A stretch of DNA of 38,198 nt from the IMG/VR virus record IMGVR_UViG_3300011335_000546, one strand, 5' to 3'. How positions within the stretch are numbered: the first letter of the stretch is position 1; every line of letters starts with the position of its first letter. The notes beneath the pieces are model-generated. The model was not told where the DNA came from. It ran no database searches and worked only from the letters and a program-made list of their open reading frames with translations. Shown here piece by piece: positions 7,458 to 16,685 of the stretch. Made by a program: the position numbers and the translations under genes. The stretch is from a virus.

Positions 7458-7880
7458 TTACTTTGCCTTAAAATTGATGGCTATCTTAGGATCTACGTAT
7501 CCATCCTTCAACCAACGGCGTTGCTTCTGGACTTCCATGTGCATATGAGGACCAGTAACATTGCCGTCTTTACCACTCTTGCCAACGATATCTCCAGCCT
7601 TAACTTTCTGACCAACCTCGACAGATTCTGCTGACATATGTGCAAGGATAACTGTGTAAGCTTTCTTACCATACACAAATTCAATTGTAACTTGGTTGCG
7701 ACCAAAGGCTTGACCCCATACAACACCTACACCAACTACAACTCCATCAACTGGAGAGCGTACGGTAGTACCTACTGGGCAAGCTTGATCTATTCCTTTA
7801 TGGATTCCACCAGACCAACGTGGTCCTTTAACTCCGTAAGCACAGTTAACTGGGTACTTCTTAATATCAACTGGATACAT
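7458..7880 (-). CDS. M23 (LytM-type) zinc metallopeptidase, endolysin
   Basis: HxxxD (IHKGID) and HxH (GPHMHME) motifs. 140 aa, catalytic domain only. Directly follows the holin-like gene. Confidence 0.85.
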   Translation of the reverse strand: MYPVDIKKYPVNCAYGVKGPRWSGGIHKGIDQACPVGTTVRSPVDGVVVGVGVVWGQAFGRNQVTIEFVYGKKAYTVILAHMSAESVEVGQKVKAGDIVGKSGKDGNVTGPHMHMEVQKQRRWLKDGYVDPKIAINFKAK

Positions 7881-8092
7881 TAATTAATCTTTCCGTATCG
7901 CATGTCCATGCCATTGACATAATTAATTGCGATAGGTAGTGCTGCACCAAATGCAACAATGACAATAGGTGCTAGGTTAAATGACGCTAGATTATCTAGA
8001 ACATACACAAGCGAAGCACCTAGTGCTGTCTTAAACATTCCACCTAATGGACTATCTGCTAACCAGATACCAAATTTTTTCATATTACTCAT
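7880..8092 (-). CDS. Holin candidate (70 aa, two hydrophobic segments)
   Basis: MFKTALGASLVYVL and LAPIVIVAFGAALPIAINYV. Basic ends. Its stop overlaps the endolysin start. Confidence 0.55.
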   Translation of the reverse strand: MSNMKKFGIWLADSPLGGMFKTALGASLVYVLDNLASFNLAPIVIVAFGAALPIAINYVNGMDMRYGKIN

Positions 8093-10084
8093 CTATAGTT
8101 TCCTAACTGTTACTAGTAGTAAGCCACCAAAGCCACTACTATTTTTATCGGGGGAAGATTCATTTGTAAATCTAACTTCTTCAATTACACCTTCATACTG
8201 TTCACCAGTACGGTAGTCAGTTACACTAACAAACTTGCCTGTCTCTTCAATAGCTTCTATGCGTTGAATGTATTCCATTGCACGACCATCGTAACCAAAG
8301 ATAGAGTTATATCTATCCATCTCATTGTCGTAACAAGATAATGGGTACTGATATAAACGCTGACGACGTGGAGCAAAAGTAGATTTAATTTGATAAGCTT
8401 TTATTACTGGTAAATCTTGATCATCAGTTAAATTATTAAGTGTAAACTTAAATGCCATATGTTCTTGCTTAGCAGAAGGTGTAACAATAAGAACATCTTG
8501 ATTACTTAAACCCTCAGATAAAATAGCAATAGAAGTTTCTAATTGGTTTTGATCAACAGTTGATACAACAATATTGTCACCGCTACCAGTAGTGCATTGC
8601 ACATTAATGTACCTAAAGAACTTAGGTTCAATAGTGCCATAGCGAATCTTGCCAGTCTGTATCCAACCAGTACTACGTTTTTGAGTTGTGTGCTCTACTT
8701 GTAGCTCACCTTTAGTAGAACCATCATCTTCTTGAACTACCATAACTAATCTATTGTTAAGTAAATAAACTTCAGTTGCTTCAGAGTTATCAGCATCAAC
8801 ACTAGAGTCATACTCTAGATCATAAGCATAAGCAAAAGTACCATCACTAAATGATTGCGATAAATCAATGCGGATTAAGCAAGCATTAGTATAAGCACCT
8901 GAAGCTACCTTAGTAGCTGCATAAACATATTTGTCTTTAGTAGCAAAACTATTAACTGCATTAGTAGAATCAATTAGTAATGGTCCAAGTATTACTAGTC
9001 CAGTAGAACTTACTTGGCATATACGAACGCCTTTATTACTAGCAATTGCTAAGTAGCCTAAGTAATATTCAATTGCAATAATACTTTCACCATCAGGCAT
9101 AGATGTAACAACAAAACCGCCAGGCAAATCAGGCAGATTAGTTGTCTCATCAAAACCTATTGCATAGATTTCAGATTTATTACCAGCATTACCAGCAGCA
9201 TAAACATAACTTGGACCTGCTGTTACATCTTTCCAATTCCAATTAGCATTGATATGAACTTTAGATGTACTTGATGCAGCAGATATATCACTAGATCCAC
9301 TATGATTACCATTACCAGTATAAGCAGAATTTAATAAGTATAATGTTCTACCATCACCAAAAAATAAATGTCCTTTAATGTATTTAATTACTGCTTGGGT
9401 ACTAGAACCATGTCTAGCAAACACAACGTCAGTATCCACATCATTGATAAGACCAGTATGAATACAAGTAGAACAAGCAGCATAGTACCTAGTACCATTA
9501 GTTGCTACGGAAAGAATAGGAAATGTAGTTGAATGACCAGTAAGAGTTGATCCAGCAGCTACCGTATAGTTAGTTGTAGTAGCAGCGTTATTACCATCTA
9601 AAATAATACGCTTTAATACTCCAAGGCTATCTCCAGATACAAGGCATTCATCGTTATCACTTTTACCTGTTGCAGCGTTAATACCATCATTACCAGTGTA
9701 AGCTTCAAATACATCTGGAAGTAATGTAGCTTCACCAAAAGTCCATACATCTATACCACGACTATCAGAAAACCTATGGCTTACATGTTCATAGTCAGTA
9801 CCTGCATCATAGAAAGCAATACCTGCGCCATTATGCCATGATGACTGTGAGCGTAATGCCCAACCAGTAAGTGATTGCTCACCTGGCTCTGGACTATTAT
9901 CAAACTGATCCTTTTTGTATGGAGCTGTCTCACGACGATATGGATTTTGATTATCTACTTTAACAATAAATGGCAAGTCATCAATAACAACATCATAAGC
10001 TGTGTTACTTAACTCAAAGGTTGCCGTGGTTGCAGGAAGTGAAAGATCAAAAGGTAAGTCTTCTGAAATATCATAAGTTGTCAT
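8093..10084 (-). CDS. Tail protein (663 aa) with propeller-like repeats
   Basis: Last structural gene before lysis. Recurrent blade-like segments (RYYAACSTC, LFFGDGRTLYLL, SYVYAAGNAG, GYLAIASNKG, KYVYAATKVA). Confidence 0.5.
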   Translation of the reverse strand: MTTYDISEDLPFDLSLPATTATFELSNTAYDVVIDDLPFIVKVDNQNPYRRETAPYKKDQFDNSPEPGEQSLTGWALRSQSSWHNGAGIAFYDAGTDYEHVSHRFSDSRGIDVWTFGEATLLPDVFEAYTGNDGINAATGKSDNDECLVSGDSLGVLKRIILDGNNAATTTNYTVAAGSTLTGHSTTFPILSVATNGTRYYAACSTCIHTGLINDVDTDVVFARHGSSTQAVIKYIKGHLFFGDGRTLYLLNSAYTGNGNHSGSSDISAASSTSKVHINANWNWKDVTAGPSYVYAAGNAGNKSEIYAIGFDETTNLPDLPGGFVVTSMPDGESIIAIEYYLGYLAIASNKGVRICQVSSTGLVILGPLLIDSTNAVNSFATKDKYVYAATKVASGAYTNACLIRIDLSQSFSDGTFAYAYDLEYDSSVDADNSEATEVYLLNNRLVMVVQEDDGSTKGELQVEHTTQKRSTGWIQTGKIRYGTIEPKFFRYINVQCTTGSGDNIVVSTVDQNQLETSIAILSEGLSNQDVLIVTPSAKQEHMAFKFTLNNLTDDQDLPVIKAYQIKSTFAPRRQRLYQYPLSCYDNEMDRYNSIFGYDGRAMEYIQRIEAIEETGKFVSVTDYRTGEQYEGVIEEVRFTNESSPDKNSSGFGGLLLVTVRKL

Positions 10085-10094
10085 TTACTTATCC

Positions 10095-10319
10095 TTAAAC
10101 TGGTGCAACGAATACGTCATTAACTTCATCGTAAGAGTAACCAATGCCAGCATAGATACCACGAATGTTTCCGTTGTAGGAAGTGCGAACACACTTCTGT
10201 CCACGAAAGTTTCCGTACCATTCTTCTGGACTTAAGCCCTCAATTAATTCTGTTTCGTCAATGCCAGCAATAACTTCAGTAACAATATTGTTTTTATCTA
10301 GAAATGCGTAATGTGCCAT
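10095..10319 (-). CDS. Conserved small phage protein (74 aa) associated with fibre genes
   Basis: TAATG overlap at 10317-10321 gives MAHYAFLDKNNIVTEVI... The ORF-track start at 10328 is a TTG. Confidence 0.5.
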   Translation of the reverse strand: MAHYAFLDKNNIVTEVIAGIDETELIEGLSPEEWYGNFRGQKCVRTSYNGNIRGIYAGIGYSYDEVNDVFVAPV

Positions 10320-11236
10320 TATACCCAACTCACCGTTCCCGTTCCTGCTGTAATCGTAGTTACTTTATCTGTTCCAACATCTGCGGTAGTAAGTGTTAGA
10401 CCTGTTTGTGTAATTGAAAGCAATCCACTGTAACGCAGAATGATTACGCCTGTACCACCAGGACCACCATTTGCGTTAACAACGCCTGTCTGTCCAGAAC
10501 CTGCACCACCACCTGCACCTAAATTTACAGCAGGTGCAGCAGGTGCAGCGCCAGAACCAAAAGCACCAGCATTCTGTCCGCCACCAGTACCACCAGCACC
10601 TGAACCACCACTACCATAAAAGTTACCACCACCACCACCACCAGCACGTGCTACTGCTGTTCCAGTTATTGATGAAGTTAAACCTGCACCACCGCCACCA
10701 GTACCACCAGCAATACCTGCAGAACCAGCACCACCACCACCGCCAGCGCGACCAGTACCAGCAGCAGCACCACCACCATCAGAGCCTTGATAAATAGTAC
10801 CACCACCGCCAATAATTGCAGTAGCATTATTATTGCCACCGATGCCACCACCAGAACCACCGACTAATGAAGTTGTGTAAGAACCGCCACCGCCACCAAG
10901 GGAAACAATGTTACCTATGTAAGAGTTTGAACCATTACCGCCATTACCACTAGTTCCAGCACCACCAGCACCGATAGAAACGGCGTATGAATTAGAGATA
11001 CCATCTCTCATAAAAATTTGAAGTGTATTGTCTTTCAAAGAATTGCCACCTGAAAGTTCACTACCAAATTTGCAACGGTAACCACCAGCACCACCGCCTC
11101 CGCCTCCGCTACCACCGCCAGCACCTCCTCCAGCAATTACAAGATAATCAACATTAAATCGTATAGAATTAGAAAAATTTACACTTCTTTGAAAAAGTTT
11201 GACTATACTTGATTCACTGAAAGACCTAACAGCCAC
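10319..11236 (-). CDS. Glycine-rich tail/fibre protein
   Basis: Long GGGAGG/GGSGG tracts (VIAGGGAGGGSGGGGGGAGGY...), embedded in the fibre cluster. Confidence 0.65.
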   Translation of the reverse strand: MAVRSFSESSIVKLFQRSVNFSNSIRFNVDYLVIAGGGAGGGSGGGGGGAGGYRCKFGSELSGGNSLKDNTLQIFMRDGISNSYAVSIGAGGAGTSGNGGNGSNSYIGNIVSLGGGGGSYTTSLVGGSGGGIGGNNNATAIIGGGGTIYQGSDGGGAAAGTGRAGGGGGAGSAGIAGGTGGGGAGLTSSITGTAVARAGGGGGGNFYGSGGSGAGGTGGGQNAGAFGSGAAPAAPAVNLGAGGGAGSGQTGVVNANGGPGGTGVIILRYSGLLSITQTGLTLTTADVGTDKVTTITAGTGTVSWV

Positions 11237-12042
11237 TAGGAAATCTCCGAACCAAACATTGTAAATGCTAATTCACTGCCTGAAGCATAAACAGATACAA
11301 CATCAGTTGCTGCAAGAGTAACTCCAAGTGTAAGAGAAGTTGTATCATTAGTAAGAACACCAACATCATAAGCAATGTAGTGCTTGATATCCAAGGCAGC
11401 ACCAGCAGGTCGTATTGCAATGCGATATGTTCTTGTAGCAGTACTACGATTAGAAATAGTAATGGTTGAAACTACTGCTGAAGTTGCTGCAGGAACTGTG
11501 TAAAGAGTAGTTAAAGGAATACCTAGTTTACCAAAAGCACCACCACAAGCAGCAGATGCAATATCTGTTGAAGCAGTAGTAGTTACTGTAAAACTACCTG
11601 CGCTAGGAACACCAGTTACTAAGTACCGACCTTGAATTCCAGTATCTCCAATAGCAATATAAACTGTATCACCAACACTTAATCCGTGTGCTGTAGCAGT
11701 TAAAGTAGCAGTGGAACCCTTTCTATATTTATTAGAAATAGCAACACCAGACAATGCAGCATTTCTTGTTATAATGCCTACTGGACTTACAGCAGCACTT
11801 GTAACGTTTGCAGTTGTTAAAGCATAAGTAAAAGTTGTAGTAGTAGGAACTGAAGCAACAACATATGTTCCATTAAATGTTGTGTCTACGCCATCAATAG
11901 TAACTACATCACCTATTGCGTAGCCGTGTACTGCAGCAGTAGTAAGAGTAGCAATGTTACTTGTTAACGCTTTATTGCTAATTGTGTTATAGGTATCAGT
12001 TGTACCAGCGATTTGTCCAAGGACTTTGTATGTTGTTGCCAT
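11236..12042 (-). CDS. Tail fibre-like protein with an internal domain duplication
   Basis: ATLTTAAVHGYAIGDVVTIDG...FNGTYVVASVPTTTTFT is repeated as ATLTATAHGLSVGDTVYIAIG...IQGRYLVTGVPSAGSFT. Confidence 0.6.
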   Translation of the reverse strand: MATTYKVLGQIAGTTDTYNTISNKALTSNIATLTTAAVHGYAIGDVVTIDGVDTTFNGTYVVASVPTTTTFTYALTTANVTSAAVSPVGIITRNAALSGVAISNKYRKGSTATLTATAHGLSVGDTVYIAIGDTGIQGRYLVTGVPSAGSFTVTTTASTDIASAACGGAFGKLGIPLTTLYTVPAATSAVVSTITISNRSTATRTYRIAIRPAGAALDIKHYIAYDVGVLTNDTTSLTLGVTLAATDVVSVYASGSELAFTMFGSEIS

Positions 12043-12046
12043 TTTA

Positions 12047-13084
12047 TTATGCTCCCATTAGTAGAAATATGTCTTGTAAACCTGCTCCGCCGCCGCCTGC
12101 TCCACCACTATCTGGTGTAACTGTCCAAGCGTCAGAAGCCGTACGAACTAAACGTGCTGATTGATATTGTGTTAATGTTTGTACCGCATTAGTTACGGTT
12201 ACTCCTGCACCTGCTGCAAAAGTAACAACTCCTGCTCCAAGGTTTAAGACATAAAGGGTTGTATCTGCAAGCCAAGTAACTGAAGCTTGAGGTGGGATCG
12301 TGTAGGTCTGTGGGCTAGCGTTGCTAGCCGTTACTATTTTACCAACGTCAGCTAATGCAAATGTATAGGTTGTGCCTGTTTGAGCGTTATATGTTGGTAT
12401 TGCAACCTTTGACTGAACAAATGCAGTAGTAGCAATTGCTGTTGTGTTATCAGTTGTAGCTTGAGTAGTTGCAGTAGTTCCAGTTGGAAGTGTAGGCGTA
12501 CCAGTAAACGTAGGACTAGCTAAAGGTGCTTTAGTATCTATCTGTGTTTGAATTGCAGAAGTTACACCATCTACATAGCCAAGTTCAGTTGCTGTAAGCG
12601 TGGCAGGAATACCATCAAGTACATTTAACTCTGTTGATGTAGCAGTAAGGGTAACGTTCTCATTAACCTTTGGTGTATTTAAAGTTGGTGTAGTTAATGT
12701 TTTGTTAGTAAGAGTCTGTGTATTAGTTGTACCAACAACAGCACCAGTAGCACCGTGTGCAGTAGTAGTGTCATCAATATGATCTTGACTTGACTGTAAA
12801 TCAGAACCAACAATCATGTGCTTGACGGTATTACCTATAGTATGTGTCTTAGCAGTTGCACCAGTTTCAATACCACGAGTAACTTTTAGAGTAGGTGAAG
12901 TTACACCAGCCTGATCAACCGTTACTAATACAGCTTCTTCATTGGCAGTATCTGGACTAAGTACAAGAACGTAAGGAGCACTAGGTAAACCAGTAACATT
13001 GTTTAATGTAATCTGTGTTGCTACGTTAGTAACGTTTGCCGTTAATGTTTTTGCTTCAGAAATTGAACTATAATTACGTGCCAT
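12047..13084 (-). CDS. Tail fibre protein
   Basis: N-terminal LKVTRGIETGATAKTHTIGNTV motif, then TAHGATGAVVGTTNTQTLTNKTLTTPTL and Thr/Ala-rich beta repeats. Ends in a Gly run. Confidence 0.65.
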   Translation of the reverse strand: MARNYSSISEAKTLTANVTNVATQITLNNVTGLPSAPYVLVLSPDTANEEAVLVTVDQAGVTSPTLKVTRGIETGATAKTHTIGNTVKHMIVGSDLQSSQDHIDDTTTAHGATGAVVGTTNTQTLTNKTLTTPTLNTPKVNENVTLTATSTELNVLDGIPATLTATELGYVDGVTSAIQTQIDTKAPLASPTFTGTPTLPTGTTATTQATTDNTTAIATTAFVQSKVAIPTYNAQTGTTYTFALADVGKIVTASNASPQTYTIPPQASVTWLADTTLYVLNLGAGVVTFAAGAGVTVTNAVQTLTQYQSARLVRTASDAWTVTPDSGGAGGGGAGLQDIFLLMGA

Positions 13085-13091
13085 TATTTAC

Positions 13092-13994
13092 CTATCTTGT
13101 AAAGTGTATTCTAGTTGGGTTACGATCAGTTAACTTTTGACTCTCTTCAGAAAGTCTCTTGTCGTATAGTGCAAGTAAATACTTAGCAGTATTAGTACCA
13201 GCACCGTAAGAACGACCAGCAATCTGTGACTGTTGATCAGATTCAGCAGAACCAAAGGTTAGACGACCTGGATCTACAAACGAAGCTAACCGTGCTGAAG
13301 CACCAAGAACAATTACATCTCTGGAAGATTCTGGTAAACCAGTAGTAGTTACAAATTCATCAGCATTAGCACTCAATACAGTTGGAGCAGCAGTATAAAA
13401 TACTTGTACAGTTCTTCCAACTTCAATACCAGAGTAAAGACTAATGCTATTCCTAGAACCACCAAAGGAGCTACTATTAGCCATAGGATCAACTCGATAG
13501 CTACGGATAGGAACCCATTCTTTAGATGGACCAGTGCTCTCGTATGCTAGCCCTAAGACGGTCTCTGCTGCTGCTGGTAATGCATAGGTAGTCTTTGCAG
13601 GTGAGTAAGTAAATGTATGTGAAGCCGTAGCGTACAGGCTTGGGAATACAGCCAAGATAGTATCGTTAATAGCTTGTTTAATATCCACAGATGGGAAGGT
13701 AGGAGATACAATTACACGTGAACCACTAGTATGAGCAAAGGCAGTTGTACCGTTATAGCCACGACCATAAGGCGGAACAGTCAGTACACCAGTATTACGG
13801 TCATAAGACTCTACATAGATTAACTCATCACCAATTTGAATAACACCAGTTGATATATTAACAGCAGAAGCAACAGTAAGAGTAAGTGCAACTGTAGTAG
13901 TAGTAGTAAGAAGATGCGTCTGACGATCCTGACGTAGCGTATAACCTGCTAACTTACGTGATACTTCATCAGTCATTTGACTAAACGTAGCCAT
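13092..13994 (-). CDS. Tail/baseplate-associated structural protein
   Basis: Shares the IGDELIYV...GRGYNGTTAFAHTSGSRV N-terminal motif with the adjacent fibre gene. Confidence 0.5.
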   Translation of the reverse strand: MATFSQMTDEVSRKLAGYTLRQDRQTHLLTTTTTVALTLTVASAVNISTGVIQIGDELIYVESYDRNTGVLTVPPYGRGYNGTTAFAHTSGSRVIVSPTFPSVDIKQAINDTILAVFPSLYATASHTFTYSPAKTTYALPAAAETVLGLAYESTGPSKEWVPIRSYRVDPMANSSSFGGSRNSISLYSGIEVGRTVQVFYTAAPTVLSANADEFVTTTGLPESSRDVIVLGASARLASFVDPGRLTFGSAESDQQSQIAGRSYGAGTNTAKYLLALYDKRLSEESQKLTDRNPTRIHFTR

Positions 13995-13997
13995 TAA

Positions 13998-16685
13998 TTA
14001 CCTTCCTTTAGTTTCACGTGAAACGTATTGTTGCATGTATTCTTCAATAGCTTTGCGACCATCATCATTTAATTTACGAGTACCTATGCCAGCAAATGAT
14101 TTAAATTTAGGTGGAAGTCCAGATAATTTTTTAAACTTAGAGCCATCCCATACTGCCCATAACTTAACTTCTTGATCAAAAACATAAACAGGCATTTTTT
14201 TATCTATACCCATTTGAACAGCCCAACCAGTACCACCATCTACCTTGGTTCCCCCAGGAAGAATTTTACTAATAGCAACAACTGCTTCTGAATCTTTTAA
14301 TTGATAGTAATTACGACGCAATAAATTTGCAAAAGAAGATTTAGGATCAAATGGACGACCAAGAGATTTAGCAGCTTTCTTTAAAGACTCATCTGCAATT
14401 TCAAGTTGTTCTTTAGTTAATACATTAGGAGTTTCCATAGCTGGTCTATTACCAGAAACTCTATGATTTTTATAGCTATGACCAATTGTTTTAATGCTCA
14501 TAGAATCAGCAACTTCTGCCCATACAGTATCAGCACCATCAGCCATACCAGAATGCACAGTAATCTCTGAAGCATTAGATGCTTCTACTTTAGGTGCTGC
14601 CTGTAATTTATTTACAGATTCTTTAGCTGCAGTTTCTTTAGCTTCAAAACGAGCCTTACGTGCTGCATCTTCTTTAGCAAGACGAGTATCCATTCCAGCT
14701 TTTCTAGCTGCTCCCTTATCAATACCTTCTTGAAGTTTTAACTTATTAACATAGTTAAGAATTCTTTTCTTTAAAGCAGGACTTTCTGCTTGCTCTGCTA
14801 GATCATCAATAAGATCAATTAAAGCTTGTCTATTAATTGGATCTATTGGATTAGTAGCAACACGATTCATAAAGGTACGAATACCAGTATCATCAAGTTG
14901 CGGAGCAAGTTCTTTTGCTTTATCCCAAGCTTTTCCTTGCATTCCACGAAGCTTATCTAGCTCATCTCGGTATTGTTGCATACGTTTTTCATATGCTTCT
15001 ACATCTAAAGTGCCATCATCTTTTTTATATTTAGGCTTATTCTTTATTTGCTTTGCAAAATCTGGAGACTCTTTAACAAAATCTTTATTTTCTTTTGCAA
15101 GAATGTTTTCAATATGCCTTGCACGGTCAGCTACGTTTCTAGTAGTTGGCGTTCCTTTGGGGGTTGCAGGTGTACGTTTAAGGGTGATACGCAAATCTTG
15201 TACTCTAAATAATTCATCCGCTAAATCTATTTGTTCTTGTCGTGCTGCACCTCTAGGAGCAGTAAAGCCAAGTATCTTAGATCTTTCTTCGATTACTTTA
15301 CGTGCTTGCTCAACTGCTTTAGCGTATAGTTTTTGTTCAGCAGGAGTCTTAGCGTTGCGTAAATTATCCATAGAGTTTTTCAAGTCAGCTTTTAACTCGT
15401 CCATTTCAGCACGACCTGATTGGCTTGGAGCTAAACTGGTTTTCTTTGGATCAAGTTGAGGAGTAAAATCACTATCAGCTTTAAGGTTTGTACCACCTTG
15501 GAAGTTTGATTTTTCAAAGTCTATTGGGTTTTTATTTTCTGCTGCAGTTAATGCTTCGTCTTGTTTATCTATGCGCTGACGATCTTTAGATATTTCTTTA
15601 GGGCGTGGACGAAGCCGTGCAATTAACTTTTCTTCAGCAGTAGCAGGAGTTTGTTTACCAGCAGCAACTGCTGAGTAAGACATGATAGTTCCACTTGCTT
15701 CATTACCATAAACATCTTTGTAAAGTTTATTAAAGAACTTATGATTTTGTTTAAAGTAAGATTCTAAAGTTTCTAACTCAATCATAATGTCAGTAAGAGG
15801 AGTTACATTTTCTGGGTTTTCAGGATCTTTTACTAAAGACTTTTGCTCTCCACGTAAAGCTAAATTCTTTTCATCATCTTTAAGTTCTTTAGCATTCTTT
15901 TTAAAAGTTCTTGTAGTTCCTGTTTCTTTTACTTGTTGAATTAAAGTTTTGTACTGAGCAACTTTTTCTAAGTAACCATCAACAAATTGAATTGGATCTG
16001 AACCTGGACCCATATCGCTCTTGCGACCAGTACCTGCTGTAATGTTTTTAGATTCTAGGATTCCAATTTCAGCTTCAGTAGGTTCACTATAGTTACCTTT
16101 TTGCCTACCTGTTTTTCTATCAATAGTTTTATCGGTAAGATTTCTTCCTCTAAGGCTACCGCCTTCACGCTTTAATTCTGCTGCTGCTTGTTTAGTTGGA
16201 ACATTTCTTTCAACAACTTGATATGCAGGGCTACTAAGAGGTTTTACCTCAGGAGTTGGACTAGTAATATCTTCAAATCTTTTTTCACTCATTGGTCGAC
16301 TTGGAATTTCAGGCTTTAAAGTTTCACCATAAGTTAACTTTCCACGTCTAACTAACTCAGCTTCAACTTCCATTCTAGTTTTAGTTACAGCCTTAGCTAC
16401 AATAGGTAAACTATCAGTAGAAGCATTTACAACTATAGTTTCTGCTAATACTTTTCTAAGAGCTTTGTTTCCTAGTATTGCTATCTTGGCAGGTGGTATA
16501 AGAAATGTTGCTGCAGTAATACCTATTGTTGCAGCGTCTCCCCAAGTTCCATTACCCTCAGCAATGTTTTTAATTGACTTAGCACCAAACAAAAAGTCAG
16601 CAACTTCCCATGCTACACTTTTTGATTCATCAACAATGTGAGTACCACGATACTCATCTGTTGATACTGTTGTTGCGTTAGCCAT
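13998..16685 (-). CDS. 895-aa Lys/Glu-rich virion-module protein with C-terminal SLOG/DprA-like domain
   Basis: Hydrophobic N-terminal segment, about 600 aa of charged helical low complexity, and a C-terminal 188 aa with HSGMADGADTVWAEVA and DGGTGWAVQMG...PVYVFD. Confidence 0.6.
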   Translation of the reverse strand: MANATTVSTDEYRGTHIVDESKSVAWEVADFLFGAKSIKNIAEGNGTWGDAATIGITAATFLIPPAKIAILGNKALRKVLAETIVVNASTDSLPIVAKAVTKTRMEVEAELVRRGKLTYGETLKPEIPSRPMSEKRFEDITSPTPEVKPLSSPAYQVVERNVPTKQAAAELKREGGSLRGRNLTDKTIDRKTGRQKGNYSEPTEAEIGILESKNITAGTGRKSDMGPGSDPIQFVDGYLEKVAQYKTLIQQVKETGTTRTFKKNAKELKDDEKNLALRGEQKSLVKDPENPENVTPLTDIMIELETLESYFKQNHKFFNKLYKDVYGNEASGTIMSYSAVAAGKQTPATAEEKLIARLRPRPKEISKDRQRIDKQDEALTAAENKNPIDFEKSNFQGGTNLKADSDFTPQLDPKKTSLAPSQSGRAEMDELKADLKNSMDNLRNAKTPAEQKLYAKAVEQARKVIEERSKILGFTAPRGAARQEQIDLADELFRVQDLRITLKRTPATPKGTPTTRNVADRARHIENILAKENKDFVKESPDFAKQIKNKPKYKKDDGTLDVEAYEKRMQQYRDELDKLRGMQGKAWDKAKELAPQLDDTGIRTFMNRVATNPIDPINRQALIDLIDDLAEQAESPALKKRILNYVNKLKLQEGIDKGAARKAGMDTRLAKEDAARKARFEAKETAAKESVNKLQAAPKVEASNASEITVHSGMADGADTVWAEVADSMSIKTIGHSYKNHRVSGNRPAMETPNVLTKEQLEIADESLKKAAKSLGRPFDPKSSFANLLRRNYYQLKDSEAVVAISKILPGGTKVDGGTGWAVQMGIDKKMPVYVFDQEVKLWAVWDGSKFKKLSGLPPKFKSFAGIGTRKLNDDGRKAIEEYMQQYVSRETKGR

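Noticed and set aside
7443-8216. + strand ORFs 7443..7634, 7638..7883 and 7959..8216 opposite the endolysin and holin
   Set aside because: They are fully antisense to genes with clear M23 motifs and holin features. There is no RBS, and the products are hydrophobic and low-complexity.
10534-10860. His/Gln-rich 87-aa ORF (+ strand) and Val/Leu-rich 60-aa ORF (- strand, other frame) inside the glycine-rich gene
   Set aside because: They are shadow frames produced by the GGN repeat tracts. They have extreme low-complexity composition, no ribosome-binding site, and are fully contained in a better-supported gene.
14494-15459. + strand ORFs 14494..14733 and 15010..15459 inside the 895-aa gene
   Set aside because: They are the antisense of Lys/Glu/Ala-rich coding sequence, which gives Ser/Leu/Phe-rich open frames. 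No independent support.
13998-16685. Tape measure protein interpretation of the 895-aa protein
   Set aside because: Its length and helical low complexity fit a tape measure. However, there is no tail tube gene, no chaperone pair with a slippery site upstream, and a globular Rossmannoid-like C-terminal domain is atypical. Not excluded, but not adopted.
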